Part shown: positions 9,715 through 19,132 of the stretch, piece after piece | How the letters are laid out: every line of letters starts with the position of its first letter | How positions within the stretch are numbered: the first letter of the stretch is position 1 | From: a bacterium | Lineage (GTDB): Bacteria > RBG-13-61-14 > DATKZS01 | NCBI GenBank assembly: GCA_963674965.2 | Contig: CAXXFL010000002.1 | Coordinates: forward strand, 704,686-768,685 | DNA: 64,000 nt | Direction of reading: 5' to 3' | Program-made: the position numbers and the translations under genes | Notes under the pieces: model-generated | The model's input: only the letters and a program-made list of their open reading frames with translations | Databases searched by the model: none | What the model was told of the DNA's origin: nothing

Positions 9715-9744
9715 TTGACAAGACCGTTAGGTAGAGCATATGAT
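9715..9744 (+). promoter_or_regulatory. Putative sigma70 promoter for the nitroreductase operon
   Basis: TTGACA-18 nt-TATGAT. Confidence 0.5.
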
Positions 9745-9850
9745 CTTGTCCGTGCCTTCGTTTAACGGGCATTAAAAATTTTCTCGCGGCCACGGCCGCC
9801 CGGATGAAACCCGAAAGCGGGTCTCGAGCGAGACGAAAAGGAGACCGTCC

Positions 9851-10594
9851 ATGTCCGAAAACAACGAGATCGAAAACGAAAAGGGACCTAAGATTACGCC
9901 GCCCGAGCCGGGGGACCCCTTCAACGAGGTCGAGGACGTCATCTACAGGAGGCGCAGCGTCCGCTACTACAAAAAGAAACAGGTCCCCGAGTATCTGGTC
10001 AAGAGGATACTCGAGGCCGGCCGCTTCGCTCCATCCGCCGGCAACGCCCAGCCCTGGAAGTTCATCGTGGTCCGCGACCCGAGCATGATCCAGGCCATGA
10101 CCGACGACGTGATCAAGTTCTGCAGGCGGGCCATGCGCCTGATCGACTACATCGAGCCCGGCCGGGAGAAGCACGAGTTCCTGGCCAAGCTCACCCAGCG
10201 GATCATGACCAACGAGTTCCATCCCGTGCCCTTCGGCGCCATGAAGCTCATCGCCGAGGGCAAGCTGGGCGTGTGGCACGGGGCGCCCACGGTGATAGTA
10301 ATACTGATTGATAGCAGGTCCCCGGGCAAGCCCCTTTTGGACGCGGGCATAGCGGGACAGAACATGGTGCTCACGGCCCACTCGATGGGTCTTGGCACGT
10401 GTTGGGTCAGCTTTATCACGCCCCTCGAGTTCGAGCTGAAATGGAGAAAGAAGCTCGGCATCGGTTTCCCCTACAAGCTGGCCACGTCGATCGCCATCGG
10501 CTATCCGCGCGGAAACCCCGACGGCCAGGTGGACAGGGAAACCCAGAAGATCGACTGGTACGACGAAGACGGGACCTTCAGGATCGTCACCTGA
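9851..10594 (+). CDS. Nitroreductase family flavoprotein
   Basis: RRSVRYY, APSAGNAQPWKFIVV, QNMVLTAHSMGLGTCW, AIGYP. Confidence 0.92.
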   Translation: MSENNEIENEKGPKITPPEPGDPFNEVEDVIYRRRSVRYYKKKQVPEYLVKRILEAGRFAPSAGNAQPWKFIVVRDPSMIQAMTDDVIKFCRRAMRLIDYIEPGREKHEFLAKLTQRIMTNEFHPVPFGAMKLIAEGKLGVWHGAPTVIVILIDSRSPGKPLLDAGIAGQNMVLTAHSMGLGTCWVSFITPLEFELKWRKKLGIGFPYKLATSIAIGYPRGNPDGQVDRETQKIDWYDEDGTFRIVT

Positions 10595-10618
10595 GCCCCG
10601 GAAAGAGCGAGGTTGGTT

Positions 10619-10945
10619 ATGACTGAAAAGCTATCATTGGCCGAGCGCCTCAGGATGGAGAGCTACCGTAAGATCGGGGAGGACGTGGTCCTGGGCGAGG
10701 TGTCCTTTAACGCGGACGCCTGCAAGGGTTGCGGCCTTTGCGTGGCGGCCTGCGCCGCCAGCGCCATCGAGCTTACTTCGGACAAGAAGGCCCGCATGGT
10801 CACGTTCATGCCCTACTGCATGTCCTGTGGGGACTGCACTGCCATCTGTCCGGAGGGGGCCATCACCCTTACGGAGTTCATCGTGTTCAAGCGTTTTTAC
10901 AAGTACCTTGACCGGGGCGAGCCGAGCCCGCCCAGAAAATTTTGA
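10619..10945 (+). CDS. 2x[4Fe-4S] ferredoxin
   Basis: CKGCGLCVAAC and CMSCGDCTAICP. Confidence 0.9.
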   Translation: MTEKLSLAERLRMESYRKIGEDVVLGEVSFNADACKGCGLCVAACAASAIELTSDKKARMVTFMPYCMSCGDCTAICPEGAITLTEFIVFKRFYKYLDRGEPSPPRKF

Positions 10946-10963
10946 CGGGAGGCGTGACAAGTA

Positions 10964-12340
10964 ATGCGAGACGTTTATGTAATCGGCAGTCACACGATCA
11001 AGTTCGCCAAGTACCTTGACAAGGGGATCAAGGACCTTACAAGGATGACGGTCGAGGGGGTATTGAAGGACGCGGGCGTGGAAAAGAAGGATATCCAGTC
11101 GGCCTGGTTCTCGAACTCGGGCTGGGGCATGGGCGAGTGGCAGCACTCGATAAGAGGACAGGTGGCCCTGCGTCCACTCGGCATCGAGGCCGTGCCCATC
11201 ACCAACGTGGAGAACGCCTGCGCCGGCGGCTCGACGGCTTTCCACGGGGCTTGGAAGGACGTGGCTTCCGGCCTCTGGGACATCTCCCTGGCCGTGGGCG
11301 CGGAGAAGGTCTACAGCGCCAACAAGTACGCCGTGTTCGCGGGGTTCATCTCCGGCATGGACGCCAAGAGCATCGGCGAGGCGGTGGGCCGGCTGAAGGA
11401 GTTCGCCCCCGAGCCCGGCGAGATACCAAAGGAGCAGCTCGAGGCGGCCAAATCCACGGGCAAGGCCCGAAAGCCCAAGAGCCTTCGCGACAAGGTCCAG
11501 GACTACTGGAACATGTTCGCCGTTTACGTGATGCTGGGCGAGGCCCTGGGCTACGACACGGTGAAGAAGACGGCGGGCGCCAACCGGGGCGACCACTCCC
11601 CCTTCATGGACGTCTACGGGTACGCGGCCCGGCGTCATATGAAGGACCACGGCAGCACCCAGCGTCAACTTGCGGTGATCGCCAGCAAGAACCACTGGCA
11701 CTCGACCATGAACCCCAACGCTCAGTACACCTTCGAGGTGTCGGTGGAGGACGCCTTAAAGGACAGGCTAGTCAGTTATCCTTTGACCCGGAGCATGTGC
11801 GCTCCCATCGGGGACGGGGCGGCCAGCGCCATATTGGCCTCGGAGGAGGTGGTAAAGAGGCTGGGCGTTTCCTCGAGGGCGATCAAGGTGCGGGCCTCCG
11901 TTCTGGCCTCGGGCATGGAAAGGGAATGGGACGCCGAGGACATAGCCGAGCGGGCGGCCAAGCGGGCTTACGAGGTAGCGGGCCTGGGGCCGGCGGACGT
12001 GCACCTGGCGGAGGTCCACGACGCCACGGCCTTTGGCGAGCTTCATCAGACCGAGGCCCTGGGCTTCTTCCCCCTCGGGGAGGGAGGAGTTCACGCCGAG
12101 GCGGGGGAGACGAAGATTGGCGGCAGGATTCCCGTCAACACCTCGGGCGGACTTATCTCGAGGGGCCACCCTATCGGGGCCTCGGGACTGGCTCAGATGA
12201 ACGAGTTGGTGGTCCAGCTTCGCGGCGAAGCGGGAAAACGGCAGGTGGAAAAGGCCCGCATAGCCATGGCGGAAAACGGAGGCGGCGCCCTGGGCAACGA
12301 GGAAGCGGCCATGTGCATCCACCTCCTCGAGGCCCCCTGA
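10964..12340 (+). CDS. Thiolase family protein (SCP-x/lipid-transfer type)
   Basis: NVENACAGGS, DGAASAIL, EVHDA, NTSGGLISRGHPIGASG. Confidence 0.92.
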   Translation: MRDVYVIGSHTIKFAKYLDKGIKDLTRMTVEGVLKDAGVEKKDIQSAWFSNSGWGMGEWQHSIRGQVALRPLGIEAVPITNVENACAGGSTAFHGAWKDVASGLWDISLAVGAEKVYSANKYAVFAGFISGMDAKSIGEAVGRLKEFAPEPGEIPKEQLEAAKSTGKARKPKSLRDKVQDYWNMFAVYVMLGEALGYDTVKKTAGANRGDHSPFMDVYGYAARRHMKDHGSTQRQLAVIASKNHWHSTMNPNAQYTFEVSVEDALKDRLVSYPLTRSMCAPIGDGAASAILASEEVVKRLGVSSRAIKVRASVLASGMEREWDAEDIAERAAKRAYEVAGLGPADVHLAEVHDATAFGELHQTEALGFFPLGEGGVHAEAGETKIGGRIPVNTSGGLISRGHPIGASGLAQMNELVVQLRGEAGKRQVEKARIAMAENGGGALGNEEAAMCIHLLEAP

Positions 12341-12426
12341 ATACGCGTGGCCCATCGCAATATTGTCCGAAATATTGCGTGGGCGGCGAAGCCGCGGGCT
12401 GAAAGCGTCTGACGTCGATCGCATTG

Positions 12427-12462
12427 AAAGGGCGACCCGATTATTCCCGGGCCGCCCCTTTA
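12427..12462. terminator. Putative hairpin terminator between convergent genes
   Basis: aaaGGGCGACCCG-loop-CGGGCCGCCCCttt. Confidence 0.5.
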
Positions 12463-12487
12463 TGATGGTTTCCAGGCTATTGGCCTC

Positions 12488-13249
12488 TTAGCAGGTCGAT
12501 CCTCCGTCGACCACCAGGATGGCGCCGGTGGTGTAGCTCGAGGCCTCGGAGGCCAGATAAAGGGCCGCGCCGGCTATCTCGTCGGGCTGGGCGTGGCGCT
12601 TCATGGGGATGTTCAAAAGGGCGGCCTCATAGATGGGCTTGGTGTCGATAAGGACCTTGGCGAAACTGGTCTGGGTAAGGCCGGGACAGATGGCGTTGCA
12701 CCGAAGTCCGAAGGGCCCGTATTCCTTGGCAAAGGCCTTGGTCATGAGGATGACGGCCGCCTTGGTCATGCCGTAAACGCCCTGCATGGGCGGTCCTTCC
12801 AGCCCGGCGATGGAGGCGATATTGATGATGTTGCCCGACTTTTGCTCGAGCATCATCTTGCCCGCCTTCTGGGCCATGAAGAAATAACCCTTGGTGTTGA
12901 CCTCGAAGGTCTTGTCGTACTGGCTCTCGGAGATATTTAGAAGGTCCCCGAAATAGGGGTTGGTGGCCGCGTTGTTGACCAGTATATCCACCTTGCCGTA
13001 TTCCGCTTTAACTTTTTTGAACAGGTCCTCGATCATCTCGACTTTGCCGGCGTGGCAGGCGATGGGCAGGGCCTCGCCTCCCGCGGCCTTGATTTCTCCG
13101 GCGACCCTGTCGAGTCCCTCCTGCTTGCGGGAGGACAGCACTACCTTGGCCCCGTTGGACGCGAAGGTCTTGGCGATGGACTCGCCGATTCCCCTGCTGG
13201 CGCCGCTGACGACGGCCACTTTGCCCTCAAGGCTGAAATTTACGCTCAT
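12488..13249 (-). CDS. Short-chain dehydrogenase/reductase
   Basis: SGASRGIG, NNAA, YxxxK (YGMTK), VDGG. Confidence 0.93.
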   Translation of the reverse strand: MSVNFSLEGKVAVVSGASRGIGESIAKTFASNGAKVVLSSRKQEGLDRVAGEIKAAGGEALPIACHAGKVEMIEDLFKKVKAEYGKVDILVNNAATNPYFGDLLNISESQYDKTFEVNTKGYFFMAQKAGKMMLEQKSGNIINIASIAGLEGPPMQGVYGMTKAAVILMTKAFAKEYGPFGLRCNAICPGLTQTSFAKVLIDTKPIYEAALLNIPMKRHAQPDEIAGAALYLASEASSYTTGAILVVDGGSTC

Positions 13250-13326
13250 GTTTGACGTCTCCTTCCGATGATAAATCTCGTTTCCCTGGACGGGAGCGGG
13301 ACCGGTCCGCTTCCATCTCGGGGCCG

Positions 13327-14928
13327 CTATTTGCGGGCTTTATTGCCGTTGTATTCGACCACCAGGGTGGCCGGCTGCATGGCGTCTCCCCATTTCGAGA
13401 CGCGAAACTCCCTGGCCTTTCCAAACAGCGCGACGCCGGCCGCCGCGGTTTTCTCGAGGGGCCCGGTCTTGCCGAACTCTTTTTCCACTTTGTCCAGAAC
13501 GTCCCGGATCATCTCGCGCATTTCTTCCGTCGGCGCCAGGTGGAGCATGGCGCTGAGCAGTATTCTGTATTTCGGCGCCTGCTCGGCGAAGAAGCGCGCC
13601 CTTTTCCGTAATATGGGTTTTTCCGAGTGCTTGAGGTTAAGGTATCCCTCGAGGTCGGTCTGGATGAACCTCATAAGCGACGGTCCCAGTTTATGGAAGT
13701 CCATCAAGTACGCCTCTTCCTGCAGACGCTCGGCCTCCTTGAGGTTGAACTCGGGATGGATGAACCATGGCTGCTTGAAGGCGTGCCATTCCTCGAAGGG
13801 AATGGCCGTGAGTATGCGCTTGTCTTCAGCCAGTCTTTCGTAAAGAGGGGTGCCCGGCAGGGGAGAATAATGGGAGAACTGGCTGAAGGCGGGCCTGGCT
13901 TTTAAATGGTCTTCCACGTCCTCCATCACGTTATCCTTGTCGTGGGAGTCGAGAAGAAGGATCGAGCTGAGTATGGTTTTGATGCCGTAACTCCGAAGCT
14001 CGTCCACCAGGGGCGGAATGTCGATCTTCGAGTTTTTGCCGTAGCTCGAAAACTTCCCTTCCCGGCCTATCCAAATGGTGCCGGCGCCCATCTCCGCCAG
14101 CTTCTCGGGAGTGAATTTCATCACCCTGTCGGCCGACCCGAAAAGGAAAAGGTTGAAGACCTTCCCGCTTTGCACGACCCTTTTCCTGAGCTGTTCGGCC
14201 CTTTCAAGGTCGAGCAGGAAATTGTCGTCCCCGATAAAGGCGATGAGGTTCGACTTATAGACCTTTTCTACCCGTAACATTTCCTCGAAAAGATCGTCGC
14301 CGGTTTTGAAGAACTTGAGGTGCCTGCGTCCAAAGAAATGGCTGGGACTGCAAAAGTCGCATCCATAGGAACAGCCAAGTCCGACCACGATATGAGGGTT
14401 TCTTACGCCATGGATGGGTACCCCCAGTATCTGTTTGCTCTCGGCGTAGACGTTCGGGTTTTTGAACTCGAACTCCGGTGGCTCGCCAAGCAGGTCGCGC
14501 ATAAAGGAAATTCCCTCCCCCACGCACACGTAATCCACGTCCATCATTTTTTCCAGGTCCGGGACCGTGGCGCAGAACCCACCCAGTACAATTTTGGAGC
14601 CAGGAGAAAGGCGCCTTGTCTCCTCAACCATCCTCTTGACCTTCTGGAAGTTGGGAAGGATCGCCCCTATCCCCACCACGTCATAGCCCTTCTTGACCTC
14701 CCTTTTAAACCTTTCAAGAGTGGGGAAATCAAGGACCGTGGCCCGTGCCTCAATGTTATTGGCGATGGCGTGCAGCCCGAAGGAGTTCATAAAGGCCCGC
14801 ATGGAAAAAATACCCTGGGCCTTGGTAAGCTGGTTGTGATATAGCTCTATTTTGGATTCAACCCGGCCGTAGTTGTTATTTACTCCAAAAGGCTTGAACG
14901 CCGATGATAAAAGCACCCTTGGGGGCAT
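13327..14928 (-). CDS. Cobalamin-binding radical SAM protein
   Basis: B12-binding-like N-terminal domain (YDVVGIG...KIVLGGF), CSYGCDFC, DDNF, PLPGTPLY. Confidence 0.85.
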   Translation of the reverse strand: MPPRVLLSSAFKPFGVNNNYGRVESKIELYHNQLTKAQGIFSMRAFMNSFGLHAIANNIEARATVLDFPTLERFKREVKKGYDVVGIGAILPNFQKVKRMVEETRRLSPGSKIVLGGFCATVPDLEKMMDVDYVCVGEGISFMRDLLGEPPEFEFKNPNVYAESKQILGVPIHGVRNPHIVVGLGCSYGCDFCSPSHFFGRRHLKFFKTGDDLFEEMLRVEKVYKSNLIAFIGDDNFLLDLERAEQLRKRVVQSGKVFNLFLFGSADRVMKFTPEKLAEMGAGTIWIGREGKFSSYGKNSKIDIPPLVDELRSYGIKTILSSILLLDSHDKDNVMEDVEDHLKARPAFSQFSHYSPLPGTPLYERLAEDKRILTAIPFEEWHAFKQPWFIHPEFNLKEAERLQEEAYLMDFHKLGPSLMRFIQTDLEGYLNLKHSEKPILRKRARFFAEQAPKYRILLSAMLHLAPTEEMREMIRDVLDKVEKEFGKTGPLEKTAAAGVALFGKAREFRVSKWGDAMQPATLVVEYNGNKARK

Positions 14929-15059
14929 AAGTACCTCCTGGGGACAATCTATTTTATAACGGTCGGTCAGTCAAACGCGCCTTTCACGGCCGCGCTTTTG
15001 CCGGCGTCGAATATGTACAGGATAAACTCGAGCGTCCCTCAATTCCCGCGTACCGCTCA

Positions 15060-16340
15060 TTATCTGAGATGGATATCGGCGAAGTCCATGAAGGCCCTCC
15101 AGTCCTCCACCGTCAGGTCGTGTTTTCCCTCTCTCAAGTGATATCCGATGCTTCCCTGGATTCTCTCGCCCGGACCGGGCATTGTGTCCGCGTCCATTCC
15201 TCCCGCGTCCAGCAGGCGATAAACGGGGTCGGCCGCCCTGGCCGCCAGGAACTCTCCCCTCGGATCGGCCCATTTGTCGCCCCGGGCCGAGGCCACGTAA
15301 ACGGGACGAGGCGCAATAAGGGCGATCAGCATGTGCTGGTCCACGGGCATCGAGTCCTCCTTGCCGCCGAAGCTCTTTATGTTTCCGCAGAACCAGTATC
15401 CATATATTCTACTAATAAGTCCCAGGTTTTCCCCGTACCTTCTCCTCCAGAGGGCCGCGCCGCCGCATCCGGAGTCGTTGGATATGACCATGGCGAAGCG
15501 CTCGTCCTGGGCCCCGGCCCATAAAGCGGCCTTGCCAAGACGGGAATGACCGAGCACGATCGTCTTTTCGGCGGTGACGTCGGGATCGGTCTCGAGGTAA
15601 TCAAGGCCCCTCATCAATCCCCATGACCAGGCCCCGATCGAGCCCCAGGCGTCCGGCGGCCTCTCGCTCCAGCCGGGATCGTCAAACAAAGGATGGACTC
15701 CGTTTTTATACCCGTCGTCGAAATCGGGGTCCAGGTCACCATAGTAAATGGTGGCCAGACCGTAGCCCCGGGAAAGAATCTCCTCGAGGGGGAACCTTTT
15801 CGACTTGATTCCCCTGCCCTTTTCCGACGCTCGATGTCCCTTAATGCCTGGCTCCAGGTTGGGCATCCAGCCGGTCGGTATCCTGATGGCCGGGTCGGCG
15901 TTCACCGAATGGTTTCCCGAAAAGTTGAGAAGAAGGAAAACGGGAGAGGGCTTCCCCGAGTTCGGCAGATATAAAAGCATGTCCATCGACCCGGCGCCGC
16001 CCGGGCCGGTGAAATCGACCGTAACCTGTTTTCGTATCGCCTTTCCGCCAAGGGCCGAGCGGTCCTCATCGAAAACCTTATAGGACTCCAGAAGGGGACC
16101 TCCGGGCGAGCGGCCGTAGACGTTTTTTTCGAATAGCTCGAGTATCTCGGGCCTTCTTTTCTCCCGCCAGGTCCGAGCGTCAAGGACAGGGTCGCCATTT
16201 TGCATCACGAGGGGATCGGGCAAGACGTATTCGGGTACCAGTTTTTCGATCACGTTAAAATACGGGGCCCCGGCTGATCCCGGGGCGTTAGGGACCATAA
16301 TCAAGGTGAGGACCAAAGCGGCAAAAAGGGTTCTTTTCAT
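15060..16340 (-). CDS. Secreted CE15 glucuronoyl esterase/acetylxylan esterase-like hydrolase
   Basis: Signal peptide; LPDPL, GAWSWG, GHSRLGKAALWAGAQDERF, SGCGGAAL, DQHMLIALIAPRP, WADPRGE, GKHD. Confidence 0.88.
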   Translation of the reverse strand: MKRTLFAALVLTLIMVPNAPGSAGAPYFNVIEKLVPEYVLPDPLVMQNGDPVLDARTWREKRRPEILELFEKNVYGRSPGGPLLESYKVFDEDRSALGGKAIRKQVTVDFTGPGGAGSMDMLLYLPNSGKPSPVFLLLNFSGNHSVNADPAIRIPTGWMPNLEPGIKGHRASEKGRGIKSKRFPLEEILSRGYGLATIYYGDLDPDFDDGYKNGVHPLFDDPGWSERPPDAWGSIGAWSWGLMRGLDYLETDPDVTAEKTIVLGHSRLGKAALWAGAQDERFAMVISNDSGCGGAALWRRRYGENLGLISRIYGYWFCGNIKSFGGKEDSMPVDQHMLIALIAPRPVYVASARGDKWADPRGEFLAARAADPVYRLLDAGGMDADTMPGPGERIQGSIGYHLREGKHDLTVEDWRAFMDFADIHLR

Positions 16341-16726
16341 AATATTTACCGTTCCTTTCCAAAGGGTTAGGCTTCATCTACAATAGAACGATTCGCTTTG
16401 GTTTTCAAAACGTTTTTTTTCCGACTCAGCGGTATATTGGCGTGACATTTTCATTGTCGAATATAATCGCATGTGCTACTCTCTTACAAGAGTGAATGTC
16501 ATTAGACGCCGATCACCCAATTCGCCGGGATAATACAAAAAGCCCTCAAGCTAAAACATATCCCGTATTGACGTTGCAAACGTGTTGATATTTTGACTAT
16601 ACTTACATAATATTCTTAGGTGAGCCTCTCCGATTTTCACGAGTCGGGATCGAGGCGAAACCCATGGCCAGGGAAGGAGGGCGCGAAGTCTTCACCGCGC
16701 TTACTCCCGCGCCTTAGGGAAAAAAC

Positions 16727-19132
16727 ATGAGCGGCGCCGACAAAGAAAAAGAGTTCCATAGAAAAAGAGCCGGCCTGATCGACGCGGTAGACGCCCCCGC
16801 CGATGGCGCCCGCGTCAAAAGCGAGCTTGATCGCAAAGACAGGGAACTGAAAAGATCGGAGGTAAAGTACCGAAGTCTTTTCGAGTCGACCTCCGATTTC
16901 GTGGCTATCATGGACATGCAAGGAAAGATAATCGATTACAATCGGTCATCCGATATCCTCGGCGTTGCCCGCGAAAATATCATCGGTAAAAATTTCCTCG
17001 AGACGGGCATCTTCAAAAAGGAGCACGAGTCGCTGTACCGGGAAATTCTGGCCGACCTGGAGAAGGGAAAAAACATCGATCCCGCCGAGGTGGAACTGAC
17101 CGCGCCCGACGGATCGAAAAGGACCTATCGCTTTTCTCCCACGGTAGTGCATATGGAAGGCCAGCCCTTCGCCATTCAGGTTCTTGCCAGGGAGGTCTCG
17201 AAAAGCGAAAGGAAGCTTCCCGCTCCAAAAGATATAAGGATTGACGAATGGCGCTCCATCTTCCAGGCCATCGGTCATCCCTCGATCATTCTATCAACCG
17301 ACCACCAAATCGTGGCGGCCAACGACGCCACCCTCAAGGCCCTGGGGCTGAAATCCGACGAGGTGGAAGGACGCCAATGCTACGAGATTTTTCACAACTC
17401 GAGCCTTCCTCCCCTCGGCTGCCCTTTAAATACCCTGCTGTCATCCGGCGGCATGGACATGGTCGAGATGGAAGTCGAGGCCGTTAACGGGGTCTTCCTG
17501 GTTTTCTGCACTCCCCTTCTCGACGCTGAGGGCAACATCGATAAAGTACTCCACATCGCCACGGACGTGACCCAAAAGAAACGGGCCGAGCGCGACCTCA
17601 CTCTCAGGCAGGCCCAGGCCAGGGCGCTTCTGGATTCTTCCGACGAGACCATGGTGCTGGTCAACAAAAGCGGAGTGATCCTGGAGATAAACGAGGCCGG
17701 GGCCAGGGCCTTGAACGGTTCGCCCGAAAAGCTCAAAGGCTCGATTTTCTACGGCCATCTTCCCCCCGAGTTGGCGCCCCATTGGCGGGAAGAGATAGAG
17801 AAGGTCCTTGTCTCGGGCAAGCCCGTTTCCTTCGAGAACTTCGCGGCCGGCTTCCAGACCGCGAACCGGGTGCATCCGGTCTTCGGCGAGGACGGAGGCG
17901 TCATCGGGCTGGCGATTTACTCGAGGGACATGTCCGAGCGCCGTGACCTGGAGCGTCAGCTTTTCCACGCCCAGAAGATGGAGGCGGTGGGCAGGCTGGC
18001 CGCGGGCATAGCCCATGATTTCAACAACAACCTGACTCCCATCTTCGGCCTTAGCGAGCTGACTTTAAAGAGCCTTAGCCCCTCAAGTTCCATTCGCGAC
18101 AACCTGGTCGATATCCGGAGTTCCGCCCAGAAGCTGGCGAAGCTGACCAGCCAGCTTCTGGTTTTCGGCCGCAAGCAGCCGATCGAGCCCGGTATCCACA
18201 ATCTCAACGACATTATCGTGGACGTGGAAAAGATGCTGGGGCGCGTGATCGGCGAGGACGTGAGTCTTTCCAAGTCCCTGGCTCCCGACCTGGGCAAGAC
18301 CAGGGTTGACGCGGGCCAGATCGAGCAGATCATCATCAACCTGGCGGTGAACGCCAGGGACGCCATGCCCGACGGCGGCAAGCTTACCATCGAGACCCGC
18401 AACGTCGACCTCGACCTCGACTTTGCCAAGGGGCACCTTAGCCTGCTTCCGGGCAAATACGTTCTCATGACCGTGTCCGACACCGGCGAGGGCATGGACG
18501 AGCAAACCAGGTCCCGCGTGTTCGAGCCTTTTTTCACCACCAAGGAGAGGGGAAAAGGCACGGGCCTTGGCCTGTCCACCGTCTACGGCATCGTCAAGCA
18601 GAACGGCGGCGACGTCTGGGTCTATAGCGAGCCGGGACTGGGCGCGTCCTTTAAAATTTACTTTCCTATCCACGAAGGCGGCGAGGAAACGGAACTTCCC
18701 GACGACTCGCCCGCGGCCTCGCCCCCCAGCGGAACGGAGACGGTGCTCGTGGTCGAGGACGACGAGGGAGTAAGGGAAGTGATAAAGAGTATCCTGGCCG
18801 AATACGGGTACCGGCTCCTGCTCGCCTCCGACGGGGAAGAGGCGGTCAAGATGGCGTCCCGCCCGGAGAAAGGCGTCAAGCTGGTGCTGACGGACGTGGT
18901 CCTGCCGGGAATGAGCGGGGCCGAGTTGGCCTCCCGTCTGAAAAAGATCGACCCTTGCCCCAAGGTCGTGTTTATGTCCGGCTACTCAGACGACGCCATC
19001 GTCAGGCACGGGGTGCTCGAGCCGGGAGTCGATTTCATCCAGAAGCCCTTCAGCAGTTTCGATCTACTGGTGAAAGTAAGAGCGGTCCTTGACCAGGAAA
19101 ACGGCAATGAAGACCCGACTTCCATGGACTAA
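16727..19132 (+). CDS. Cytoplasmic hybrid sensor kinase (3 PAS, HisKA, HATPase, receiver)
   Basis: QKMEAVGRLAAGIAHDFNN, NLAVNARDAMP, FEPFFTTK, GTGLGL, VVEDD...LTDVVLP...QKPF. Confidence 0.95.
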   Translation: MSGADKEKEFHRKRAGLIDAVDAPADGARVKSELDRKDRELKRSEVKYRSLFESTSDFVAIMDMQGKIIDYNRSSDILGVARENIIGKNFLETGIFKKEHESLYREILADLEKGKNIDPAEVELTAPDGSKRTYRFSPTVVHMEGQPFAIQVLAREVSKSERKLPAPKDIRIDEWRSIFQAIGHPSIILSTDHQIVAANDATLKALGLKSDEVEGRQCYEIFHNSSLPPLGCPLNTLLSSGGMDMVEMEVEAVNGVFLVFCTPLLDAEGNIDKVLHIATDVTQKKRAERDLTLRQAQARALLDSSDETMVLVNKSGVILEINEAGARALNGSPEKLKGSIFYGHLPPELAPHWREEIEKVLVSGKPVSFENFAAGFQTANRVHPVFGEDGGVIGLAIYSRDMSERRDLERQLFHAQKMEAVGRLAAGIAHDFNNNLTPIFGLSELTLKSLSPSSSIRDNLVDIRSSAQKLAKLTSQLLVFGRKQPIEPGIHNLNDIIVDVEKMLGRVIGEDVSLSKSLAPDLGKTRVDAGQIEQIIINLAVNARDAMPDGGKLTIETRNVDLDLDFAKGHLSLLPGKYVLMTVSDTGEGMDEQTRSRVFEPFFTTKERGKGTGLGLSTVYGIVKQNGGDVWVYSEPGLGASFKIYFPIHEGGEETELPDDSPAASPPSGTETVLVVEDDEGVREVIKSILAEYGYRLLLASDGEEAVKMASRPEKGVKLVLTDVVLPGMSGAELASRLKKIDPCPKVVFMSGYSDDAIVRHGVLEPGVDFIQKPFSSFDLLVKVRAVLDQENGNEDPTSMD

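Noticed and set aside
10592..10963. Nitroreductase, ferredoxin and thiolase are all in one frame, separated only by TGA codons (possible Sec or readthrough fusion)
   Set aside because: The TGAs are not at Cys-equivalent positions, each downstream gene has its own RBS-like sequence, and I see no convincing SECIS hairpin
16341..16726. AT-rich intergenic region with a GC-rich leader, considered as a c-di-GMP riboswitch or foreign DNA
   Set aside because: No riboswitch consensus recognised; consistent with ordinary divergent promoters
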